NCBI GenBank assembly: GCA_030141605.1
Contig: JAQGDQ010000365.1
Location: 106,643 to 170,642 of the forward strand
Direction of reading: 5' to 3'
DNA: 64,000 bases
Source of the DNA: Tubiluchus corallicola
Taxonomy: Eukaryota; Animalia; Priapulida
The notes under the pieces were generated by a model. That model was not told the DNA's origin. It saw nothing but the letters and a program-made list of their open reading frames with translations, and did not search any database. Numbering within the stretch: the first letter of the stretch is position 1; each line of letters opens with the position of its first letter. Below, in pieces: positions 20,736 to 29,871 of the stretch. The translations under genes and the position numbers were made by a program.

Positions 20736-21641
20736 ATGGACTGGACCAAAAACAAAGAATGTTATGAATCGTTTTTGATATTGGAGAAATCCTTATCTAA
20801 AAACTCGGTAAAAGCGTACATGAATGATATCAACAAACTGATAGCATTTTTGGGAGAAAAAGCGACTGACACTATTGTTCCACCAGAAGGAGTGAAAGTA
20901 GGACATTTAAAAGGATTTACAAAGTGGCTTAGTGAGCATGGCGTTAGCCCTAGATCACAGGCACGTACAATATCCGGGGTAAAATCTTTTTACAAGTATT
21001 TACTAATAGAGGGTATTGTTGATAGTGACCCCACCTCTCTCTTGGAGGCTCCTCCGGTTGGTCGAAAACTACCTGAGGTGCTGAGTAAGGATGAAATAGA
21101 GCGGTTGCTAAATGCGGTAGATCTCACAAAGTCTGAAGGTCAGCGTAATAAGGCAATAGTGGAAGTGCTTTATAGCTGTGGACTGAGAGTCTCAGAGCTA
21201 ATTGACCTAAAACTAACAAGCTTGCACTTTAAGCGTGGATTTGTCAAAATTTTGGGTAAAGCTGACAAAGAGCGGATAGTGCCAATAAGTAAGAAAGCGG
21301 TGAAGGAGGTTAACAGGTATATGAGGCAGGAAAGAGGAAAACTTGACATAGATGATGGATGTGAAGATATTCTTTTTCTCAGCAGAAGAGGGCAGAAGCT
21401 TAGCAGAGTAATGATTCTCACTATTATAAAAAACTTGGCAGTGAGAGCTAACCTGAGAAAAAATGTCAGCCCTCATACTTTCAGGCACTCTTTTGCTTCA
21501 CAGCTTATTGAGGGTGGTGCAGATTTGAGGGTTGTACAGAAAATGCTTGGGCATGAGTCGATACTTACCACTGAAATTTACACACATCTTAATAAAGATT
21601 ATCTGAAAGATACAGTTAACCGTCATCACCCAAGGTCGTAA
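20736..21641 (+). CDS. xerD: Site-specific tyrosine recombinase XerD
   Basis: LYSCGLRVSE, PHTFRHSFA, LGHESILTTEIYTH. Typical Bacteroidota position divergent from aroQ. Confidence 0.9.
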   Translation: MDWTKNKECYESFLILEKSLSKNSVKAYMNDINKLIAFLGEKATDTIVPPEGVKVGHLKGFTKWLSEHGVSPRSQARTISGVKSFYKYLLIEGIVDSDPTSLLEAPPVGRKLPEVLSKDEIERLLNAVDLTKSEGQRNKAIVEVLYSCGLRVSELIDLKLTSLHFKRGFVKILGKADKERIVPISKKAVKEVNRYMRQERGKLDIDDGCEDILFLSRRGQKLSRVMILTIIKNLAVRANLRKNVSPHTFRHSFASQLIEGGADLRVVQKMLGHESILTTEIYTHLNKDYLKDTVNRHHPRS

Positions 21642-22362
21642 GTGTAATTAAACTAGTTATGCAACATGAAATTATGGCAGAGTAGAAGATATTAAAGTTT
21701 TAAAATCGCAACAGTATAAAGTGTTATTTTAAATTTTCAGAGATGAGGCTTATCAAAGCATACAGAAGGATAAGCGATTGTTTTTTGGAGGTAAATCAGC
21801 ATATGTTCTGCACCCAAAGAGTGTGAATGTAGATGAAGAAGAACCACCAAAGAGAAGAAAAGAGGGCTATGGAAAATAGTAAAAAATATAAGCATACTCT
21901 GCGAAGTACAAACACAACAATCTAGATAAAGAAGGTTTGTTTTTAGAATTTTTCTAAGGAGCATAAAAACTTTCTTGTTTGGTGTCTTTTATAGATACTT
22001 TTGGTTTGCCATATTTTTTTTAAATAACTATTTGCTTATCAGTAAGCTGTGGTGTCTTTATCAGATTTTTTCGGGTTAGAATACAATCGTTTTCTATAGG
22101 GTTAATTTATCATATAGTGGCTTGAGCTTAATTTTTGAAAGCAGAGCTATAATATTGATAAAATATGGCTTGCTCACACCTGGTGTGAAGTTTAATATTT
22201 TTTTAACGCTGCTTTATACCTATCAAAAACCTGCTACTTAATGCCTGGTTATTACCCTTATAGCCTGCCATGTTTGTGGTATATAGCAAAAAATCATCTG
22301 CTATATCCGTGCTAGCAGTTCTTAGCGCATGTTCTGTAGCATATTGTTTTTAATTTATTCAT

Positions 22363-22370
22363 TACCTTTG
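22363..22370 (+). promoter_or_regulatory. Bacteroidota -7 promoter element (TAnnTTTG) for pckA
   Basis: TACCTTTG about 58 bp upstream of the ATG. Confidence 0.5.
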
Positions 22371-22427
22371 TCTGTTGATAAAATTTAATAATACACATAC
22401 AAATTTATTTTATAAAAGTCTCGTTTT

Positions 22428-24032
22428 ATGAAAAGTTTAGATTTAACAAAGTACGGTATTACCGGGGTCGATAAAATTGTTTACAATCCATCTTATCAAC
22501 AGCTTTTTGAAGAGGAGATGAGTCCCGAGTTGAAAGGTTTTGAGCGTGGACAGCAAACAGAGCTTGGCGCTGTCAATGTTATGACTGGAGAGTTTACCGG
22601 GCGCTCACCCAAAGACAAGTTTATTGTTAAAGATGCGGTAAGTAAAGATTCTATCTGGTGGACATCCCCGGAGTCACCAAATGATAACAAGCCAACCACT
22701 CCTGAAGTTTGGAAAGATCTTAAAAAGCTTGTAACAAAGCAGCTTTCTGGGAAGAGGCTTTTTGTCGTTGATACTTTTTTGGGAGCTAACAAAGACTCAC
22801 GCTTGAAAGTTCGCTTTATTATGGAGGTTGCATGGCAGGCTCACTTTGTCACCAACATGTTCCTGCGCCCTACAGATAAGGAACTTGAGTCTTATGGGGA
22901 GCCTGATTTCGTAGTAATGAATGGTTCTAAGACATCAAATGATAAGTGGGAAGAGCAAGGATTAAACTCTAGTGTGTTTACAGTGTTTAACCTTACGGAG
23001 AAGATGCAGATTATTGGGGGTACATGGTATGGCGGTGAGATGAAAAAAGGGATGTTTGCTATGATGAACTATTATCTACCTCTAAACGGGATGGCCTCTA
23101 TGCACTGCTCTGCAAACAAGGGCAAAAATGGAGAGGTTGCTATCTTTTTTGGGCTTTCAGGTACCGGTAAAACAACCCTCTCTACAGATCCTAAGCGTGA
23201 GCTTATTGGCGATGATGAGCACGGATGGGATGATGATGGTATTTTTAATTTTGAGGGTGGTTGCTATGCAAAAACGATCAAGCTGGATAAAGAGTCTGAG
23301 CCAGATATCTACAAAGCTATAAAGCGTGATGCTCTTCTTGAGAACGTTACTGTGGATGCTAATGGTAAAATAGATTTTGATGACGCTTCAACTACTGAGA
23401 ACACTCGTGTCTCTTATCCGATACACCATATTGAAAATATTGTAAAGCCTGTGTCCAAGGCGGGGCACGCTAACAAAGTTATTTTTCTGTCGGCTGATGC
23501 CTTTGGCGTACTGCCTCCGGTATCTAAGTTGAGCCCGGAACAGACCAAGTATCATTTTCTATCAGGATTTACTGCTAAGTTGGCCGGGACTGAGCGTGGT
23601 GTTACTTCTCCACAGCCAACTTTCTCTGCGTGCTTTGGTGCCGCTTTCCTAACCCTTCATCCAACAAAATATGGAAAGGAGCTGGTTAAGAAAATGGAAG
23701 AGCACGGGGCGGAAGCTTATCTTGTAAACACGGGATGGAATGGAACAGGTACACGTATATCTATTAAGGATACGCGCGGTATAATAGATGCTATTCTTGA
23801 CGGATCAATAGAAAAAGCGGAGTTCAAGAAAATTCCTGTATTTAATCTTGATGTACCTACCTCTTTGCCAGGTGTTGACTCGGGGATACTTGACCCTCGC
23901 GATACCTATGCAGATGTGTCGGAGTGGGACAAAAAGGCGAAGGATCTTGGAGGGCGCTTTATCAAAAATTTTGAAAAGTACACTGACAACGAAGAGGGAA
24001 AAGCTCTTGTTGCAGCAGGTCCGCAACTATAA
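22428..24032 (+). CDS. pckA: Phosphoenolpyruvate carboxykinase (ATP)
   Basis: [38 protein letters not shown] motifs. Confidence 0.97.
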   Translation: MKSLDLTKYGITGVDKIVYNPSYQQLFEEEMSPELKGFERGQQTELGAVNVMTGEFTGRSPKDKFIVKDAVSKDSIWWTSPESPNDNKPTTPEVWKDLKKLVTKQLSGKRLFVVDTFLGANKDSRLKVRFIMEVAWQAHFVTNMFLRPTDKELESYGEPDFVVMNGSKTSNDKWEEQGLNSSVFTVFNLTEKMQIIGGTWYGGEMKKGMFAMMNYYLPLNGMASMHCSANKGKNGEVAIFFGLSGTGKTTLSTDPKRELIGDDEHGWDDDGIFNFEGGCYAKTIKLDKESEPDIYKAIKRDALLENVTVDANGKIDFDDASTTENTRVSYPIHHIENIVKPVSKAGHANKVIFLSADAFGVLPPVSKLSPEQTKYHFLSGFTAKLAGTERGVTSPQPTFSACFGAAFLTLHPTKYGKELVKKMEEHGAEAYLVNTGWNGTGTRISIKDTRGIIDAILDGSIEKAEFKKIPVFNLDVPTSLPGVDSGILDPRDTYADVSEWDKKAKDLGGRFIKNFEKYTDNEEGKALVAAGPQL

Positions 24033-24049
24033 GGCTTTGTAGACCAAGA

Positions 24050-24086
24050 ATAAAAAAAGGGGCTTATGATCTAGCCCCTTTTTTAT
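24050..24086. terminator. Bidirectional intrinsic terminator
   Basis: ataaaaaaaggggct...agccccttttttat between convergent pckA and mscS. Confidence 0.85.
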
Positions 24087-24154
24087 GTAATACACATACA
24101 AAGGCCTTCATAATATAGATAAGCCTCGCATGTGGTAATTATCACTTTTTCACG

Positions 24155-25240
24155 CTAAATTGATGATTTCTGTAGGTGCAGATCCCTTTGCGGAAAAGGT
24201 ATCACTATATTCTCTGCTCGGAATCTTGCGTCTATTTCAAATCTCAGATCACTTTTAATATTTTCCACGGTAAAGCTGTCTGCTGTCCAGAAATACATAC
24301 GAAAGTCGAGGGATGACTCACCAAAATCACCAAATCTTACAAACGGTGTAGGGTCATCTATTATAGCGGGGTGGTCTGTTGCAGTCGCAATAAGTATTTT
24401 CTCTACAAGTCTGACATCAGAACCATATGCCACACTGACACTTACGTGGAACCGGGTATTCTCTTCATTGTGACTCCAGTTGGTAAGCAGATCCTTAGTA
24501 AACATTGAATTGGGGACAATGATAATTTCATTGTCACGTGTCAATATCTTTGAAACTCTCAAATTAATTTCAACAACTTTGCCAATAAAGCCATCATTAA
24601 GCTCAACAATGTCATCTACCTGTAACGAGCGATCGAAGAGAATAATAATGCCCGATATAAAATCATTAAATAGATTCTGTAATCCAAATCCCAAAGCAAC
24701 CAGCAAGGCGGCAGAAGAGGCTATAAAGAAAGTCAAGTCTGCCCCGACAATACTAAAAATAAATATGATTGCAACAAACCATATACAATACTGGGCTATC
24801 AGAGTTATCGAATGGCTTCGTCCTCTGCCTATCTTCGACAACTCTGTCTGCTTGTTAAAGTAGAACTTAATCAAACTAACAACAATACGAGTGAAAAATA
24901 TTATACCAAAAGCAACCAGTATGTGGAGGAATAAGACCTCAATCTTTCCTGTATTTAGTATGCTGTAAGAGAGTAGTTTGGTGCTATTTACTCCCACTAT
25001 TTTCAGAGCAAAGACCACAACTATAAAAAAGAAGATTACTCTAGCACCTCTGATAAGGTTGCGCTGATATTTTACCAATACTCCTCCCGCGCCTGAAATA
25101 CGATTTGCCCAGTGAACACCAATACGGTCCAGAAAGAAAGACACTACAATAAGTAGCAATAGTATAAAGAGCTTTAAAGGCGTTATACTAAAATCCCCTG
25201 AATGGTAAAGGTCGAAGTTGAGTATGTTAGAAAGTGACAT
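24155..25240 (-). CDS. MscS-family mechanosensitive channel
   Basis: GFGLQNLFNDFISG, IIVPNS, VAYGSD, IPFPQRDLH motifs. Confidence 0.9.
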   Translation of the reverse strand: MSLSNILNFDLYHSGDFSITPLKLFILLLLIVVSFFLDRIGVHWANRISGAGGVLVKYQRNLIRGARVIFFFIVVVFALKIVGVNSTKLLSYSILNTGKIEVLFLHILVAFGIIFFTRIVVSLIKFYFNKQTELSKIGRGRSHSITLIAQYCIWFVAIIFIFSIVGADLTFFIASSAALLVALGFGLQNLFNDFISGIIILFDRSLQVDDIVELNDGFIGKVVEINLRVSKILTRDNEIIIVPNSMFTKDLLTNWSHNEENTRFHVSVSVAYGSDVRLVEKILIATATDHPAIIDDPTPFVRFGDFGESSLDFRMYFWTADSFTVENIKSDLRFEIDARFRAENIVIPFPQRDLHLQKSSI

Positions 25241-25259
25241 AGGTTATATCATTTATATT

Positions 25260-25397
25260 GAGACTTTTGTAAAGTTATCTGTTTGTTAATATTTTGTTAA
25301 AATCCTGTTTAAAGTTCTCATTCACGTCAGTGAGGTGCAATTTTTTATCAAATTTTTCCTCAACCTAAGTCAAGGTATTTCGCCTTGTAAAGGTCTT
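25260..25397. mobile_element. Degenerate MITE with GAGACCTTTGCAA-like ends
   Basis: gagacttttgtaaag ... cttgtaaaggtctt imperfect terminal IR. Confidence 0.45.
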
Positions 25398-25493
25398 ATA
25401 TTATAAAATAAGAGTAGATTCAAAAAAGAAATTGTTTTTTTCATCCTGTTTAATGTGGTATTCTACATGTTAACGATAGCTTATATGGAGCAA

Positions 25494-26279
25494 TTACCGG
25501 GAATAGACTGCTTCTAATATTTTAAATAGGTCGCTGCCGGTAATATTCTCATGAGTAGTTCCCTTATGAATCATTGATATATTTCCCGTCTCTTCACTAA
25601 CTACAATAACATATGCATCAGTCTCTTCTGACATTCCAATGGCAGCTCTGTGGCGTAGTCCCCAGGCCGGGTTCAGGATATGCCGGGAGCTTATGGGCAA
25701 TATGCAGCGCACCGCTTTAATTTTGTTTCCCGATATTATAGCAGCTCCGTCATGCAGTGGAGAGTTTTTAAAAAATATGCTTCTCAACAGTTCGGATGAG
25801 ATTTCCGCATTAATTTCCTTTCCCGTATCGGAGTACTCTTCCAGCCTTGCGTCGTGTTCAATAACAATAAGAGCACCGGTCTTAGTTGTTGCCATATAGC
25901 TGACTGCATCAATGATATTTCTTAAACTTGATTTGCTGGTTGCTCCAACTTGATTCGGGAAAAACTTCTCAATTGAGAAGTTCCCTTTACCTCTGCTATA
26001 TCGGGTTCCTAGCAGTATGAGGAACTTCCTTATTTCTTGTTGAAAAACCACTATTAATGCCAAAACACCCACGCCAAATAGTTGTCCGAGTATAGTGCCC
26101 ACTAACTGCATGTTTAGTGCTTTGACAACAAGCCATATAATATAAACAATAAAGATACCCATAGATATATTGAATGCAACCGTACCTTTCATCAAGCGAT
26201 AAAGCTCATATAGAAGAAATGCAACGAGTACAACATCAATAATATCAAGAAACCCTATACGAATAAACAGTTCTGTCAT
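25494..26279 (-). CDS. cdaA: Diadenylate cyclase CdaA/DacA
   Basis: Three TMs, SPLHDGA, GLRHRAA, VSEETG motifs. Confidence 0.93.
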   Translation of the reverse strand: MTELFIRIGFLDIIDVVLVAFLLYELYRLMKGTVAFNISMGIFIVYIIWLVVKALNMQLVGTILGQLFGVGVLALIVVFQQEIRKFLILLGTRYSRGKGNFSIEKFFPNQVGATSKSSLRNIIDAVSYMATTKTGALIVIEHDARLEEYSDTGKEINAEISSELLRSIFFKNSPLHDGAAIISGNKIKAVRCILPISSRHILNPAWGLRHRAAIGMSEETDAYVIVVSEETGNISMIHKGTTHENITGSDLFKILEAVYSR

Positions 26280-27154
26280 GCAGAGATTGATTTCAATTTT
26301 TTTACAATGTTGATAGTTTCAACTGCCTCCTTTACATCATGCACCCTCAGAATATCTGCCCCTCCCATTAGTGCAAGTGTATTGGCGACTGTCGTGCCGT
26401 TAAGGCTTTCACCAGGAGTTAGACCCAGGTGCTTCCAGATCATTGACTTTCTTGAGATACCTGCTAAAACAGGCAACTGAAATATTTTAAAATTGTCAAT
26501 GCTGTTTAGCAATTCGTAGTTGTGGTCTGTACTTTTTCCAAATCCAAACCCCGGGTCAATAATTATATCATTGACACCCATTAGCCTTAACTCATCAACC
26601 TTTTTGGAAAAATACATAATAATATCATAAACAACGTTGTTGTAAGCAGGGTTATTTTGCATGTTCGCGGGTGTTCCTTTCATGTGCATTAAAATGTAGG
26701 GAACATTTAGGCGCGCGACTGTTTCAAACATTTGGGTATCCATTTCCCCGCTTGAAACGTCATTGATAATGCACGAACCTGTTTCTCCAACCACCCTTTC
26801 TACCAGATTAGAGCGAAACGTATCAATGGATATTACTGCATCGGGGTAGCATTTTCTCACGGCTTTCACTGCCGGCATCAGTCGTGCCAATTCCTCTTCC
26901 TGAGTTATATGTTTCGCTCCGGGGCGACTTGAATAACCTCCAATGTCAATAATATCCCCTCCCTCCTCCAGTATCTCCCCCGCCCTCTTCACAATAGCCT
27001 TTTCTCCTTCATATCTGCTTCCTTCATAAAATGAGTCGGGAGTAACGTTCAGTATACCCATAACTACAGGGTTGTCAAGCTTTATCAGCCGTCCGTTATA
27101 GTTTATGGACTTTTTCTTTTTATAAAACTGTGGTTCCTCCTTCTCAAGTAACAT
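26276..27154 (-). CDS. folP: Dihydropteroate synthase
   Basis: MGILNVTPDSF, SSRPGA, DPGFGFGK, SRKS, RVHDV motifs. Confidence 0.95.
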   Translation of the reverse strand: MLLEKEEPQFYKKKKSINYNGRLIKLDNPVVMGILNVTPDSFYEGSRYEGEKAIVKRAGEILEEGGDIIDIGGYSSRPGAKHITQEEELARLMPAVKAVRKCYPDAVISIDTFRSNLVERVVGETGSCIINDVSSGEMDTQMFETVARLNVPYILMHMKGTPANMQNNPAYNNVVYDIIMYFSKKVDELRLMGVNDIIIDPGFGFGKSTDHNYELLNSIDNFKIFQLPVLAGISRKSMIWKHLGLTPGESLNGTTVANTLALMGGADILRVHDVKEAVETINIVKKLKSISA

Positions 27155-27696
27155 ATCTCACATCAAAAAAATTGTTTAATAAAAAACTGTCCCGGGTTAA
27201 ATGCTCTACCTGTTGGCTGTCATATCAACAAAAGTAAGAAGTTAAAAGCCAATAGCCAAAAGTGCAGAACTGTACAACTCTCAGTGTTCAGTGGAAGAGT
27301 AGTGCAGGTTCGATCAAAATAATCTCTATGAGTATATTTTCAAGTTATATCAGCTAGCCTGGTGTGTAGGCAGAGGATATGGGGTCTTGCAAATATGTTT
27401 AACAAATACAAGTATGACTATAAGGTATTTTATTTCAAATTATTATTGCGTGGATAAAGTGCTGATTGTTTAGTGCCTGATGTAATTCTGCTCATATCAC
27501 CACAGTAATGAAAGCAGCTCAAACAGACAGGGGTAAGGTTTCAAGAGGCGGTTTACAAATTCAGATAGTGTGAAGAGTCAGGACCATATAGTTCTGGAAG
27601 CTCTAGCCAAACTTTCTCATTTATAAAACATAAAAAATAGTTTGTTGAAACAAAAAGCTAAAAAAATCACTCTTTGAGTTGGTGATTATGAGTGCT

Positions 27697-27729
27697 TTTG
27701 CATTTTTATAATATTTTATTTTAATTTTG
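27697..27729 (+). promoter_or_regulatory. Bacteroidota sigma-70 promoter for metK
   Basis: TTTG (27697-27700), 21-bp spacer, TAATTTTG (27722-27729), immediately before the riboswitch. Confidence 0.55.
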
Positions 27730-27738
27730 TTGTTCTTG

Positions 27739-27792
27739 CTGTGGACAGATTTGATTGATTGCAACCACTGAAAAAAATGCTAAAACAGTGTT
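27739..27792 (+). ncRNA. SAM-II-type riboswitch
   Basis: GTGG-aca-GATTT-...-TTGCAA-CCAC-...-AAAAAAA-T-GCTAAA matches the SAM-II consensus. Lies upstream of metK. Confidence 0.75.
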
Positions 27793-27877
27793 TCCTGCAT
27801 TTTTCAATCGAAAATAGAAATTCACATTAAGAATAAGGTTAATAAAACCTTAAGGGTATATTTTAAATAAAATTACT

Positions 27878-29134
27878 ATGGGATACTTATTTACTTCAGA
27901 GTCTGTTTCAGAGGGACATCCTGACAAGATAGCCGATCAGATATCAGATGCCTTGTTAGATGCATTTATAGCTTACGACCCTGATTCAAAAGCGGCAATT
28001 GAAACTATGGTTACAACAGGGCAGATTATGATTGCCGGAGAGGTAAAGACAAAGACCTATATTGATGTGCAAAAGCGGGCACGCGAAGTTGTTGAGCGTA
28101 TTGGGTATAATAAAAGTGAATATCAGTTTGAAGGTAAGTCATGTGGTGTTATTACTGCTATTCACGAGCAGTCGTCGGACATAAACAGAGGTGTTGAAAG
28201 GGCGGAAAAGGAAGATCAGGGAGCGGGAGACCAGGGGATGATGTTTGGGTATGCATGCCGGGAGACTGATAATTATATGCCTCTCTCATTGGAGCTATCG
28301 CACCTGTTGCTTGCAGAGCTTGCAGATATTCGCAGGAATAGTGATAAAATGAATTATTTGCGCCCTGATTCAAAGTCGCAAGTAACTATTGAATATAATA
28401 ATGATAATAAGCCCTTGCGGGTACATACAATTGTTGTCTCAACACAGCATGACGATTTTGATGACAATGATGAAAAGATGCTGAATAAAATAAAGCAGGA
28501 TGTTAAAAAAATTCTGATACCTCGCACCATTGCCAGGCTGCCCGAAAGGGTAAAAAAGATTTTTGACAGTAATTACATACTGCATGTTAACCCGACAGGG
28601 AAGTTCGTAATTGGTGGTCCTCATGGGGATGCAGGGCTGACAGGGCGCAAGATTATTGTCGACACTTATGGAGGGTGGGGTGCTCACGGAGGAGGCGCTT
28701 TTTCAGGGAAAGATCCTTCAAAGGTAGATCGCTCTGCGGCCTATGCTGCACGACATATTGCAAAAAATCTTGTAGCCGCCGGAGTTGCAGATGAGATTCT
28801 GGTACAACTATCTTATGCTATAGGGGTGTCCAGGCCTGTTAGTATATACATTAATACATACGGCAAAGTGAATGTTAATCTTAGTGACAGTGAGATTGGA
28901 GAAAGGATACTTGAAATATTCGATCTGCGCCCATATGCTATTGAGAGAAGGCTAAAGCTGAGAAACCCTATATATGAAGAGACTGCTGTTTATGGGCACA
29001 TGGGAAGAGTTCCCGCTGTAGTTAAAAAAACCTTTAATTCTCCTTATTTTGGTAAGCTGGAGAAAGAGGTAGAGCTGTTTACGTGGGAAAAGCTTGATTA
29101 TGCAGATAAGGTTAAAAAAGTATTCGGACTATAA
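27878..29134 (+). CDS. metK: Methionine adenosyltransferase
   Basis: FTSESVSEGHPDK, GAGDQG, GGGAFSGKD motifs. Confidence 0.97.
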   Translation: MGYLFTSESVSEGHPDKIADQISDALLDAFIAYDPDSKAAIETMVTTGQIMIAGEVKTKTYIDVQKRAREVVERIGYNKSEYQFEGKSCGVITAIHEQSSDINRGVERAEKEDQGAGDQGMMFGYACRETDNYMPLSLELSHLLLAELADIRRNSDKMNYLRPDSKSQVTIEYNNDNKPLRVHTIVVSTQHDDFDDNDEKMLNKIKQDVKKILIPRTIARLPERVKKIFDSNYILHVNPTGKFVIGGPHGDAGLTGRKIIVDTYGGWGAHGGGAFSGKDPSKVDRSAAYAARHIAKNLVAAGVADEILVQLSYAIGVSRPVSIYINTYGKVNVNLSDSEIGERILEIFDLRPYAIERRLKLRNPIYEETAVYGHMGRVPAVVKKTFNSPYFGKLEKEVELFTWEKLDYADKVKKVFGL

Positions 29135-29452
29135 AGGGTTGCATGGTTTTACAGGCTACTGTGCTATTGGTAACCGCGGTAGAGGAGAGGTATATATCTT
29201 GTGAAATGAAATATTTCACTTCATAAAAGGGGGGTGAGGTGTGAGATTTTTGCAAAGTACTTTGGTTATGGTCGAGGAGAAATTCGGTGAGGAACCACAG
29301 TTTACCGGAGAGAGTGAGTTTTTTAAGAGTAGCTGGTAGTAGGTATTGAAAATACCGGGTGCATTTTTTGCCAAAAAATGGCATAATAGTGAGCGTCTGC
29401 AGCAAGGCTGTGCGCATGGGGAATGTCCTTCGTGTAAAGGCTTTTCTTTATG

Positions 29453-29822
29453 CTCTTTTGTCTTGATATAAAAAATCCCAAAATCAAATTTGTAAGTGCT
29501 ATTGATGAGAAGCTATGCTGACGGCTTTGCTATCTTCTCAAAGGCTCGCCTTTTATAAAAAAGGTTCAAACAGTGAGAGGGTTTTTTTGCTACGCCTTTC
29601 GCTGTTTTTCTATCAAAATCCGTTAAGAGCAGTTTTTTCTGTTTTGCAGAGTTTGTAAAGATCATCTGATTTTGATTTGACAATTTTCCGATCTTAGTCT
29701 GCAAGGTTTTGCATGGAAGTTACAATAATCTTTGTAATTTAGGACATTATAATTCGCTAAGTTTTTAATTTTATATAATTAGCATTAAATAAGTTGAGTT
29801 TAATTTTAAGGAGCGACTAATT
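29453..29822 (+). repeat. Dispersed ~370-bp non-coding repeat/MITE, copy 1
   Basis: Colinear with 32540-32886. Ends in ttaaggagcgactaa, which resembles an IS5-family end. Confidence 0.75.
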
Positions 29823-29871
29823 AATGTGAGGTTTTTATGATTCAGCAATAAAAGTAACCGTGTAAATAATT

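Noticed and set aside
20736-21641. Integron integrase or prophage integrase
   Set aside because: Sequence and aroQ-divergent context fit housekeeping XerD. No IntI-specific insertion and no phage genes.
21650-21964. Decayed ORF or thermonuclease-like fragment (KEKKRGLWK) after xerD
   Set aside because: Only a short motif in one broken frame, which is insufficient support.
27155-27690. Long folP-metK spacer as sRNA or pseudogene
   Set aside because: No recognisable structure, repeat or reading frame.
29513-29704. 63-aa ORF within the dispersed repeat
   Set aside because: No equivalent ORF appears in the track for the other two copies, and it has no recognisable protein motif.
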